A DNA stretch of 63,969 bases, counting the filler, from Octopus bimaculoides (lineage: Eukaryota), in the NCBI RefSeq assembly GCF_001194135.2. It is 5 parts of 5 records of this genome, joined end to end, with 100 filler letters (N's around TTAATTAATTAA, not from the genome) between each part and the next. Parts side by side here need not be neighbours in the genome. Positions count along the whole stretch, not along the records: positions 10,327 to 38,260 come from NC_069005.1; 4 more parts are not named here. The stretch is one strand, 5' to 3'. The position numbers were made by a program, and so were the translations under genes. This document shows positions 11,620-24,900 of the stretch, one piece after another. The notes below the pieces were generated by a model that was not told the DNA's origin, did not search any database, and worked only from the letters and a program-made list of their open reading frames with translations. Positions within the stretch are counted from its first letter, which is position 1; every line of letters begins with the position of its first letter.

Positions 11620-14600
11620 GTAATGCTTATTCATTCATATTGTTTTGAATTAATCCTGCATTATCTTTTAGTTTCGAGATTTCAATACTGTGATTATTTT
11701 TAGAATGATATTGTAGGGTGGGTGTGAGAGGTCAGATCCGGCTAGTTTGGACATTAAATAGAGAGAATATTTTGGTTAGATATGGCTGATTTAGCCCTTT
11801 ACCATTCAGATTACTGCCAAAATGTAATGTTCATTCAGTCATATTGTTTTGAATTAATCCTGGATTATCTTGTAGCTTTGAGAATTCAGTACTTTGTTTA
11901 TTTTAGAATGACATTGTAGAGTAGGTTTGAGAGGTCAGATCTGGATAGTTTGAACATAAAACAGCTAGAATATTTGGGCTAGATATGGCTGTTAACCCTT
12001 TAGCATTCAGATTGCTCTGTTAAAGATAATACTTATTTCTTCACATTGTTTTGAATTAATTATGCATTATCTCAAAGCTTCGAAATTTCAATGACATGAT
12101 TGTTTATTTTGAGAATGACATTGTAGGATAAGTGTGAAAATCAGGATCTGACCAGTTTGAACATAAATCTGGTTAAATAGTTGGAGCGAATACGACCAAT
12201 TTTGATGCTAAATGGTTAATTAAAATGGTTAATTAAACTGTAGTTTGTTTGGTATATTTTGTTTTTGAAACCATCCTTTATATTCTACGGTTTTCCTATG
12301 GTTTCCATTCTTTCATCATCGACAGGCTTGGCTCAGCGACATAGAAAAAACGATGAGGTATACATTAAAAGAAGTCTTAATTACCACCCGGAATGCCTTG
12401 AAGAAACAACTAAATAAACGAGACAAATGGATTAGAGACTATTGCGGACAAGTAAGAACAAAACAATTCCAGTTTATTATGTCTCACACAACACACACTC
12501 ACACACACCTATATTATGCTTGTTTTATGTTACTGTATTTCCTGGCATACAAGTCCAAGAATATAGCATGGATCTCCAACCCCCGACGCTGCTGACCAGT
12601 CTTGGGTTATGGTTATTTAGTACTGAAAGTACACAGAAAGGATTTTGTCTGTTGATACCTTGCTGTGCTAAAATTAGCCACATGTACCCTGCTACACTAA
12701 TATTGGCCACAGGTACCCTGCTACACCAATATTAACCACAGGTACCCTACTACACCAATATTGTCTGTTGATATCTTGCTGCACCAAAATTAGCCACATG
12801 TACCCTGCTACACCAATATTGACCACAGGTACCCTACTACACCAATATTAGCCACAGGTACCCTACTACACCAATATTGTCTGTTGATACCTTGCTGTGC
12901 TAAAATTAGCCACATGCACCCCACTACACCAATAATGGCCACAGGTACCCTACAACACCAATATTGGCTGTGGATACCCTGATGCACCAAAATTAGCCAC
13001 ATGTACCCTGCTACACCAATATTGACCACAGGTACCCTACTGCACCAATATTGACCACAGGTACCCTACTACACCAATATTGCTACCCTATATAGGCCAC
13101 AGATACTTTTCCATTTCCTTTCAAGCATTCTTCCTAATAACACCTTTTGTGGAATCTTGCCCCTCTTGTGTTTTTTTTCTTGTTTTTCCTCATTCGTCAC
13201 AATATATTTACGTATTCAGCTCCAAAGTACACCAGACTGTTACTCTTTTATATGTTAGGGCTAATGTTTTTTTATAAATTGTTGTATTGGCTACAGATGA
13301 CCATAGTGGCCAGTCAGATCCAGTGGACTGGCGATGTGACGAAAGCTCTCTTGAAGGTCAAGGAACGTGGAGACAAGAAAGCTTTGAAAATGCTCAAGAA
13401 GAAACAGGTTAAAGATTTTGTTATGCAGTTATTTCACCTTCCTTTAATAACTAACCCAACTATTTTAGACAACCCATTTCAGACCACCTCTAATTGTTTG
13501 GTTCAAAACCTCTCATTTTAAAACGTTGCTCATTAAATTGAGAAGCTTCCATCATAATTTTATTGCAAAAGAACCTTTCTTTGTGTTCCAAAGTCTTCAT
13601 AAATAGCAATAGTTATTCTATGAACTTCCTCCAAATTCTTGGTTATTATATATATATAGATAGATTAGATAGATATGTGCATGTGTATATTTGTGTGTCT
13701 GTGTTTGTCCCCCCAGCATCGCTTGACAACCGATGCTGATGTGTTCACGTCCCCGTAACTTAGCGGTTCAGCAAAAGAGACCGACAGAATAAGTACTAGG
13801 CTTACAAAGAACAAGTCCTGGGGTCGATTTTCTCGACTAAAGGCTTCTATTTCTAGCCGATTGAGCGACCATATAAAGCCTCTCTCTTGATTCTATTTGA
13901 TGATGATGTTTTTGTTGTTGTTGTTGCTTCGCTTCAGGTGGTCATGCTAAACAAGTATGCAGAATTAGCCAGGAAACCAGACAAAGGCTACCAGCGGATG
14001 AAGCTGGTGTCTCTGATAACCATTGAAGTCCATAGTCGTGACATCATTGAGAAACTCCTCAAGACTGGCTGCAACGATGCCAATGCTTTTGAATGGATAA
14101 GTCAGTTAAGACTCTACTGGGACAAGGTCTAGTGTATTTCTTCTTCTTTGTTGTCGGCGGCGGCGTCCTCTTCTTCTTCTTCGTCGTCCTCCTCTTCTTC
14201 TTCTTCTTCATCGTCCTCCTCTTCTTCTTCGTCATCATCCTCTTCTTCTTCGTCGTCCTCCTCTTCTTCTTCTTCTTCTTCTTCGTCATCCTCCTCTTCT
14301 TCTTCGTCATCATCCTCTTCTTCTTCGTCGTCCTCCTCTTCTTCTTCTTCTTCTTCATCGTCCTCCTCTTCTTCTTCGTCATCCTCCTCTTCTTCTTCTT
14401 CGTCGTCCTCCTCTTCTTCTTCTTCGGCGTCATCCTCTTCTTTTTCTTCTTCTTCGGCGTCCTCCACTTCTTCTTCTCCGTCTTCCTCTTCTTCATCGTC
14501 CTCTTCTTCGTCGTCCTCCTCCTCTTCTTTGTCGTCGTCCTCCTCTTCTTCGTCATCCTCCTCTTCTTCTGCTTCTTCTTCTTCTTGTAACTGTTCAAGA

Positions 14601-17600
14601 GGAATATTAATTACATCAATGTCCACTGTGCCATCAGCTCAGTCCCTTTCTCCACACTGCATCACTTCATTCTCTCCTCCTCCTCCCTCTTTTGCCTTCT
14701 CTCTCATTCTGCATATCTTTCTCTCTCTCTCTCTCTCTCACGCACTCACACATCTCTCTCTTCACACATGCACACTCTCACTCACTTGTCTCTCACACAC
14801 ACATTTGTCTCACTCTTTCTTTTACTCTCATTCTCTTCTCCCATGCACACTCCCTCTCACTATCTCTCTTTCTCTCTCTCACACGCTGACTTACCTTACT
14901 CTCCCACACACACACTTGCCTCTCTCTCTTCTCCCACGCACACTCTCCTCCTCTCTCTCACACACACATGCATACACACACTTCTCTCTCCTCTCATGCA
15001 CTTTCTCTCACACACTAGTTTCTCTCTTGTCTCATGTACACTCTCTCTCCCTCCCTCTCTCTCTCTATCTATCTATCTCTCCCCTCTCTCTCTCTCTCTC
15101 TCTCTCTGGTTCTTATTCTACTGCTCCCATCTGTTGCAGGAGCTGAATGACTGTATCGTCCGCCAAACCAACACACACTTCTCTCTCCTCTCATGCACTT
15201 TCTCTCACACACTAGTTTCTCTCTTGTCTNNNNNNNNNNTACACACACTTCTCTCTCCTCTCATGCACTTTCTCTCACACACTAGTTTCTCTCTTGTCTC
15301 ATGTACACTCTCTCTCCCTCCCTCTCTCTCTATCTATCTATCTCTCCCCTCTCTCTCTCTCTTTGGTTCTTATTCTACTGCTCCCATCTGTTGCAGGAGC
15401 TGAATGACTGTATCGTCCGCCAAACCAACACACAATTCCTCTATGGCTATGAATACCTGGGCAACTCCGGCAGGCTTGTAATCACCCCACTCACCGACCG
15501 CTGCTACATGACATTAACAACAGCCCTGCATCTTCACCGTGGAGGAAGCCCAAAGGGGCCAGCTGGCACCGGGAAAACAGAGACAACAAAAGACCTGGGA
15601 AAGGCCCTAGGAAATTATGTGATTGTGGTAAACTGTTCTGAAGGTTTGGATTATAAATCAATGGGTCGGATGTTTTCTGGCCTTGCACAGGTGAGTTGCT
15701 TCGCCTTGTTTAGGTGGGTTGCTGTTTCACTGTATACAGGTGAGTGGTTATCTGTTGTGGCTCAGGTAATGAGTAATTGAAGGGCAGCTTGTCAGGGTGT
15801 GATGGATGTATATAGGAGTGTAGCATGTCAGAATGTGGCAGGTACATTAGAGTGTAGTTTGTCAGAGTGTGACAGACAGATTGGAGTGCAGCTTATCAGA
15901 ATGTGCTAGACAAATTGGAGTGCAGTTTGTCAGTGTGACAGACAAATTGGAATGCAACTTGTCAGAGTGTGACAGACAGATTGGAGTGAGGCAGGCAAAT
16001 TGGAGTGCAGCTTGTCAGAGTGTGACATGCAAATTGGAGTGCAGCTTGCCAGAGTGTGGCAAACAAATTAGAGTGCAGCTTGTCAGAATGTGACAGACAA
16101 ATTAGAGTGCAGCTTGTCAGAATGTGACAAATTGGAGTGTAGCTTGTCAGAGTATGTCAGGCAAATTGGAGTGCAGCTTGTCAGTGTGGCAGACAAATTG
16201 GAATGCAGTTTGTAAATGCATGACAGGACATATTAGATTGCAATCTGTTTGGGTGTAGCTGGATATATTGGAGTGCAGCTTGTTGGAGTGTGACTGAGCA
16301 TGATGAATTAGAGCTGGAGCTGTTCAGCTGTAGGTCAACCCTGGCCCATGAGTAGGACTTGGAAAGATTGACAATGTTTCAAAGTTTACACTACATACTA
16401 CATCAACTGGTATGCTGCAAAATTTGGTAGATAAGGGCTGAATGTATGGGAAAGGATTTGTATCATATTTTCCACCATACAAGTTGACATTTTCAGACCA
16501 AAATTTACAGCCAGTAAAAAGCTAGATCTACACCAAGATGACTTTGGATGACCAAAATCTCCATGAGAAATGCATCAGGATTTGGAACAGTAGTGACAAT
16601 GTTATGTCTCAACACTACTGCTATCTAGCACCTTCGGATGATCTCTACACAACCGCTACACAACTGCTACTCGACTGCTACTCAACACACCTACCACGGC
16701 CAGACTACCTCTATTTATATGTCTTGGAAGATCCTACTTCTTCGCCTAGGGGCGTCGACACAAGTGACAATGTTTGAAAGACTTCATTGTTTACATTGTA
16801 TCCTATGTAGACTTGTATGCCAGAAAATAAGACTTTATTCATCTTAATTATAATTTAAATTCTACCTTTATTATGTGTTTTAGTTAGTGAAATGGAAAAG
16901 TAGAAAGGTAAATTGATGGATAGATGGATAACTTGCTTGCTATTTCGATAGTCTGGTTTTCTGTTGTGTATTGCTTGTTTCTAGCCTGTCTTAACCCTTT
17001 CATTACCAACCCAGTTGAAACCAGCTCTGCCTCTGAGTACAAATCTCTTGTTTTCATAAACTTTGAATTAAAATCTTCCACCAAATCTTAGTCACAATTA
17101 ATATTCCTAATACTAGCTGAATGATAACAAAGTTATTTTACTAAATTTTTTATTATATTTAAAGTAATTGAAAGAAACAGAACATCTCAAAATAAATATA
17201 GTAACGAAAGGGTTAATCTCTGTCTTAAAAGTTGTGCTGGGTTTTTTTTTAATTTCAGACGGGTGCCTGGGGCTGTTTTGATGAATTCAACAGAATCAAC
17301 ATTGAAGTATTGTCTGTTGTGGCCCAACAGATTTTGTCTATTTTGACTGCCCTTCATTCTGGGGCTATGCAGTTTCTCTTTGAAGGACGTGAGATCAATC
17401 TGGTGTGGTCTTGTGGTATTTTTATCACCATGAATCCAGGTAAAGCATTCTTCTTATTCATGTGTGTATGTGTGTGTGCATGTACCTGCATGCATATATA
17501 TATATATANNNNNNNNNNNNNNNNNACAACATTCAAGCGGGGGGTGTTGCCAGTGCTGCTGGACTGGCTCCTGTGCAGGTGACACATAAAAACACCATTT

Positions 17601-18930
17601 GAGCGTGGCCGTTGCCAGTACCGCCTCACTGGCCCTCATGCCGGTGGCACGTAAAAGCACCCACTACACTCTCGGAGTGGTTGGTGTTAGGAAGGGCATC
17701 CAGCTGTAGAAACTCTGCCAGACCAGATTGGAGTCTGGTGTAGCCATCTGGTTCGCCAGTCCTCAGTCAAACCATCCAACCCATGCCAGCATACGATGAC
17801 GATGATGATACATTAGAACCTTGGTTTTCAAACAACTCTGATTACAAATAAATCGTGCTTTATCTCCTGTCTTTCTCATATTCATTTAATACAGTAGAAC
17901 CTTGGTTTACGAATGCCTCTAATCGTGAATAAATCATGCTTTATATCTAACTATAGATAGATATAAAGCACGATTTAGTCGTGTTCAGAGGCATTCATAA
18001 ACTGAGGTACTACTGTATACACACACAATGTTCAAGCAACATTGGTTTGATGGGTGTAGTGAGCTACTGTACAGCACACACATTTGATCATTATAAACAA
18101 TTCATTTGTGTAGATTGTTCTCTAATCACGAGAGACAACCATCATGTGTATGTGTGTGTGTACCTTTGTCTAGACATCATGTGATGGCTGTAAATGAGCA
18201 TCATTGTCTTCTGTGAAAAATTTGGCTCACTATGGGAAAATATTACCTTGCTAGAAAACAAGTGAGGTTTAGTGACAGGAAGGGCCTCCAGCTGTTGAAA
18301 ATATGCCTCAACAAATTTCGTCTGGCTCAGGCAAGCATGGAATGTGGTCATTAAATGATGGTGGTATAAAATATTCATGTATATAGAAAATAAGACAGTC
18401 ATACATCCACACATTCTCTCTCTCTCTCTCTCCCTCCCACTCTCTCTCACTCTCTATCTCTCTCTCACACACACACACACACACCAGACATTCGTACTTC
18501 TATTACACCAATGATTTTTCAGGTTATGCTGGCCGAACAGAGCTTCCAGACAATTTGAAATCAATGTTTCGCCCCATTGCAATGGTCGTACCAGATTCCA
18601 ACATGATTGCTGAAATAATCCTCTTTGGTGAAGGATTTAGTAACACAAAGGTATGGTATGTTTGGACATCTAACCCTTCAAAGGGGCACTGCAGAGCATG
18701 ACCACATTCTGATGATTGAAGCCTCTATCTTGTTTCAGTCATTTGACTGCAGCCATGCTGGAGCAATGCCTCAAATGGTTTTAGTCAAGGAAATTGACCC
18801 CAGGACATTTTCTTTGTAAGCCTAGTACTTCTATTGGTCTCTTTTGCCAAACCAAGTTACAGGGATGTAAACACACCAACACCAGTTGTCAAGCCAATTT
18901 GGTGGGGGGATAAACTCAGACACTCACACA

Positions 18931-18969
<39 letters not shown>

Positions 18970-21900
18970 ACACACACACACAATGGGCTTCTTTCAGTTT
19001 CCAGCTACCAAATCCACTCACAAGGCTTTGGTCGGCCTGAGGCTATAATAGAANNNNNNNNNNNNNNNNNNNNNNNNNNNNNNNNNNNNNNNNNNNNNNN
19101 NNNNNNNNNNNNNNNNNNNNNNNNNNNNNNNNNNNNNNNNNNNNNNNNNNNNNNNNNNNNNNNNNNNNNNNNNNNNNNNNNNNNNNNNNNNNNNNNNNNN
19201 NNNNNNNNNNNNNNNNNNNNNNNNNNNNNNNNNNNNNNNNNNNNNNNNNNNNNNNNNNNNNNNNNNNNNNNNNNNNNNNNNNNNNNNNNNNNNNNNNNNN
19301 NNNNNNNNNNNNNNNNNNNNNNNNNNNNNNNNNNNNNNNNNNNNNNNNNNNNNNNNNNNNNNNNNNNNNNNNNNNNNNNNNNNNNNNNNNNNNNNNNNNN
19401 NNNNNNNNNNNNNNNNNNNNNNNNNNNNNNNNNNNNNNNNNNNNNNNNNNNNNNNNNNNNNNNNNNNNNNNNNNNNNNNNNNNNNNNNNNNNNNNNNNNN
19501 NNNNNNNNNNNNNNNNNNNNNNNNNNNNNNNNNNNNNNNNNNNNNNNNNNNNNNNNNNNNNNNNNNNNNNNNNNNNNNNNNNNNNNNNNNNNNNNNNNNN
19601 NNNNNNNNNNNNNNNNNNNNNNNNNNNNNNNNNNNNNNNNNNNNNNNNNNNNNNNNNNNNNNNNNGCAGAAATGTTAGCACGCCGGGCGAAATGCTTAGC
19701 GGTATTTCGTCTGTCTTCACATTCTGAGTTCAAATTCCACCGAGGTCGACTTTGCCTTTCATCCTGGGTGGGGGGGGGCGATAAATTAAGTACCAGTTGT
19801 GTACTGGGGTTGATCCAATTGACTGGCCCCCTTCCCCAAAAATTTCGGGCCTTATGCCTAGAGTAGAAAAGAATATTGTATTCCATATTTGGTAAATATA
19901 ATTTGAATATTTTTTTCTTTTCCTTTTTTAGATTTTACTGTTGTCTTTGAAAGACATGAACATTGCCAAATTAACCTCAGTTGATCTTCCATTGTTTAAT
20001 GGGATCATGTCCGACCTTTTCCCTGGTGTTGAACCTCCAATCATGGAAGACGATAAGGTGACTTTTATTCTCTGACGTTATGCATTTGTACCTCTGTGTG
20101 TGCTTGTGTATGTGTGCATGAATGTGTGTGCACATGTATGTGTATGTATGTGCTTGTGTACACACATGTACATGTGTGTGTGCATGCATGTGTGCATGTG
20201 TTTGTGTGTGTGTGCATGTGTATGTGTACATGTGTGTGTGTGTCTGTGAGTGAGTGCACACCTGTGAGCACACACCTGTGAGCGTGTACATGTGTTTGTG
20301 CATGTGTGTGTGTAAGCATGAGTGATTGATTACGTATTTATACATATATTTATTTACAGTATTATCACATTGGGTGAAAGCATGTGGCCTAGTGGTTAGA
20401 GTGTTGCACTCGCAGTCTTGTATTCATGGTTTCAATTCCTGAACCGGGTAGTGCATTCTGTCCTTGAGCAAAACACTTCATTTCATCTTACTCCAGTCCA
20501 CTCAACTGTAAATGAGTAACTCTACAATGAGTTATTTTGCACACAGACGGACAGACAGACAAACCAACGCCAATGGAAACATAACCTCCTACCTTGGCGG
20601 AGGTAAAAATGCATGTCCGGAATGTAATTCATTATCACATGATCACATGACCAACCAGGCTATCAGATGTTGTTACATATCGCTGGTCACAATGGGCTTG
20701 GCATTGTTTTAGCCTTCAAATGATGTCACCCCACTGTCTAAGTGAGCAGGCCAACATGAAATGAAGTGTTTTGCTCAAGAACGCAATGTGCCATCCAACC
20801 TGGGAATTGAGCCTGCAATCTAGCAATCATGAGTGCAACAGCCTAACCACTAGGCCACGTGCCTTCATTATCTCTTTTACTCTTTTACTTGTTTCAGTCA
20901 TTTGACTGCGGCCATGCTGGAGCACCGCCTTTAGTCGAACAAATCGACCCCAGGTCTTATTCTTTGTAAGCCTAGTACTTATTCTATCAGTCTCTTTTGC
21001 CGAACCGCTAAGTTATGGGGACGTAAACACACCAGCATCGGTTGTCAAGCGATGGTGGGGAGACAAACAGACACACAAACACACATACATATATATATAT
21101 ACACATATATACGACGGGCTTCTTTCAGTTTCCGTCTACCAAATCCACTCACAAGGCTTTGGTCGGCCCGAGGCTATAGTAGAAGACACTTGCCCAAGGT
21201 GCCATGCAGTGGGACTGAACCCATGACCATGTGTTTGGTAAGCAAGCTACTTACCACACAGCCACTCCTGCGCCTATTTATTTATTATTCTATATTTGTT
21301 TTTTTTATTTATTGCTTTAGTTTAAAGCCAACATCAAAAGCGAACTTATTGAAAGCAATCTTTTGCCGAATGCCCACACCATTGTGAAAGTGATTCAGCT
21401 GGGAGAGACCAAAGACTCTCGCCATTCCACTATGATAGTCGGGAAGACTCAGTCTGGGAAAACAGTGACCTGGAAGATTCTGCAAGCAGCCAAAAACAGG
21501 GACTCTCCCCAGCTGCAAGTAAAGGTAATTAACCCTTAACTTTTGTTGTTGTTGTTGTTGTTGTTGTTGTTATCATCATCATCACCATCACCATCACCAT
21601 CACCATCATTGCTGCTGCCACCGCCACCACCCTGATCCAGCAAGGTCTACGAACAGAGGTCTTTCAACTTCAGCTTTTTTTCTTTTTGTTGTCCCCAGAT
21701 ATAATGTTTCTAGGATTCCTTTATCTAGTGTGTTCTTGCTGTTTTAAAGAAAGAAGAGATTGATTTGAGGGAGATTTAGCTGTTGTTTCTAACAAGTCAA
21801 GCAACCATAGAGCTTGATTGCATTGCTTAAAGTTGCTTAATCTCAACTTGGTTCTGATCCAACTCGTCAAAGGTAATCACGGGTGACCAACCCTATCTTT

Positions 21901-24900
21901 TTTGTTGTTATTTAGCCATCGTGTATCTAGGACTCCATCGTCCAATGTGACCTTATTTCTGCAACACCTGTATTTTTCTGAGATACCTTTAATTAGTCAT
22001 CAAGACTGAAGTGTCTTTCAAATATTGTAAAAAAATTTTTTTTATATATATTTAGAATCAGATAAAGTTGTATAAAAAGAGATGTTTGGTAATAAGTTAA
22101 AGAAAAAAAATTGGGCACTAATGGGTTTTAATGAAGGTGGTTGCAGTAGCAGTGGAGGTGATATAGATCAGTGCTACTCAAAGTGGTGGTCTGCGGACTG
22201 GTGCTGGTCCGTGAGCCATCAGCTTCCAGTACACAGCGAGTTTCCAGAAAAGAAACATTATAAAATGCTTATGTAATATTGTATTATTTGTTAACAAAAT
22301 AAATATAAGATGAAAGATATTGTCAACTTTTATTATATTCGTTATATATATCGTTTCCAGTATAAATTAATATTACTAAGAAATATTACTGGTCCCTGGC
22401 ACATTGGGGGGGAAAAAAACCATTGGTATGCCACATCAGATAGTTTGAGAAGCACTGACGGAGACGAAGAGGCAAAAAGCGAAGGGAGGTAATGAGTTGA
22501 AGTTAGGAGAAGGCAGAGGTGGCGTACTTAAATATTTGTTTCCTTTTGGTTATCTTCCACAGGAGTATCCACTGAACCCAAAAGCCCTGTCTCTTGGAGA
22601 ACTCTACGGAGAGTTTGACTTGAGTTCCAATGAATGGTCTGATGGCGTGCTCTCTTCAATCATGAGGCAGACATGTTCAGGTTATACATACTTCCATACA
22701 TTTTTGCCTTTTGTATTTGGTTTGCAAGGTTCTTGATTTAGACTCATGTGTTGGAACATGTTTTTGGGAGGGTCGTTATACCAATAACAAACACATGCAT
22801 TGTTTCTGTTTCACTTCTTTATTATTTGTCAACTGGTTATTTATTTAGCCAAGTAACTAATTTATTGATTGCTTAATCTCTTGGATAATCAGCCATTTGT
22901 TTGAGGGCAGATTTGGAGGAGAGAAGACAGGTCATTGATGGGGCCAGTTCCTTGTTGAACCATCGAACCACTACTATCGTAGAAGATGAATGCTAAACGA
23001 CCAGGATGAGATATGTATGCATATGTACAGATTATGTATGCATGTCATGTATGTATGCATGGTGTGTATGCATGATATGTATGTATGTTTGTATGCCATG
23101 TGTACACGTCATGTATTACCTACATGCTCATATACATACACATAAGTATGAGTTAGACAGAAAGTAGCAACTAAATTAGGAGTGTTTTAACAACTCAGTA
23201 GCTTGATGATAATAATGAACTAATTAATTAATCCTTCAATCTAAAAATACTGTCAAAACTGTCTGAAGTGAGAATCTTTTCTCTTGGCAGATGAGAAGAA
23301 AGATGAAAAATGGATTATATTCGATGGTCCTGTGGATACTTTATGGATTGAGAGTATGAACTCTGTCATGGATGACAACAAGGTGTTGACCTTAATTAAC
23401 GGGGAGAGAATTGGCATGCCAGAACAGGTAAGATGTACATATCTATCACTCTCTCTTTCTCTCTCTAATAATCATCCATCCATCTTCTCTGACCACTATT
23501 CCTTAAGAGGGTCATTAGGGTTGAGTCCTCAAGAACCTCCTCTATAGGGTCCTAACAAAACAAGCATTATTAGACATTTCTGCTGGATTCTCAAGCATGA
23601 CCAACTGAAGCTATGGATATTATTCAATAATCTCGTTCTTGGTTTATTCCTAGGTCTCTCCTGCCAGTCATTGGGTACAGTCCTCAGGCACCTCCTCAAT
23701 AGGATCCTATTAGAAGCAATTATCATTACACATTCTGACTGCCTTCCCAAATGTGACCAATTGGGACTATGGATATTATCCAGTCATCCTGTTCTTAGTC
23801 TACCCCTAGGTCTTTCCTGTCAGTCATAGGGTAGAGTCCTCAGGCACTTCCTTGATAGAGTCCTATCAGAAGCAAACTGTCATTAGACTTTGCGGCTGGA
23901 TTCTCAAGGGAAGACAATGACGATGGTGTTTGAATATTCGCATCACATGTTTACACTATATATACTACATCAATTTATGTGCCAGAAAATCCAGAAATCC
24001 TTCAGTTTGATGTCTCCATAGTTATTTCTTTATAGAGAAGCTTCTTCTTTGCATTTTGTAGCAGTTATATTGTTTTATTTGCTCTTTAACCCTTTAATAT
24101 TCACATTATTCTATCAAAAGTAATGCTTGTTTATTCCCATTGTTTGGAATTAATCATGCGTTATCTTGTAGCTTTGAGATTTTAATGAGGTAGCTATTAA
24201 TTTTTAGAATGATATTTTAGGGTTGGTGTGAGAGGTCAGATCTGGCCTGTTTGATAATAAAACAGGTAGAATATTTTGGCCGGATATGGCCACTTTAAAT
24301 GCTAGAAGATTAAAGGTAGATGTGGGTATAAACCCCAACAACCATAATATTCCTGTAAATTACAAGATTTGGTAATCTATGTGGCACTACCGTTCCTCTT
24401 CTGAAGAACAGGCAAGGCTGGATAAGGACACCTTTTCCAAAAGTTTCAAAGTTCTGTTTTGTTTTGTTTTGTTTTTCTGCTTCACTCAGTTTTCCATTTG
24501 TTTCAGGTTTCTCTGCTGTTTGAAGTTGAAGATCTTGCCATGGCTTCCCCAGCAACTGTGTCACGTTGTGGAATGGTCTATACTGACTACAATGACCTAG
24601 GATGGGAACCATACGTCGAGTGTTGGATAAACGGCAAAAAAAATAAAGTAGATATATTTTTATTCTTATTTTCATTCTTTGTCAAAGAGCAGTGTCAACA
24701 GACAACAAACGCATAGCATTGTTTAGTCACATTTCTTTATGTCCTGAGTTCAAGTCCTTCTAGTATCAATTTACTTTACATTTTCCTGGGGGCCAGTAAA
24801 ATACCAGCTATTTGTTAGACCAATCTAATCAACTCTTCCTTCTCTCTTCAAAATTTCTGGTTTTATGCCTTTATGAGGAATTCTTTAAAACTAACTTAAA

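Noticed and set aside
14093-15146. Poly-Ser, poly-Lys and poly-Phe ORFs
   Set aside because: They are alternative frames of the same intronic trinucleotide satellite.
15810-16290. CRISPR-like array (about 34-bp palindromic units)
   Set aside because: Units abut with no unique spacers, there are no cas genes, and the context is a eukaryotic intron.
16720-16770. Decayed pseudo-LTR-like motif (tggaagatcc...ggcgtcgacac)
   Set aside because: Too many core changes to support a ribozyme call.
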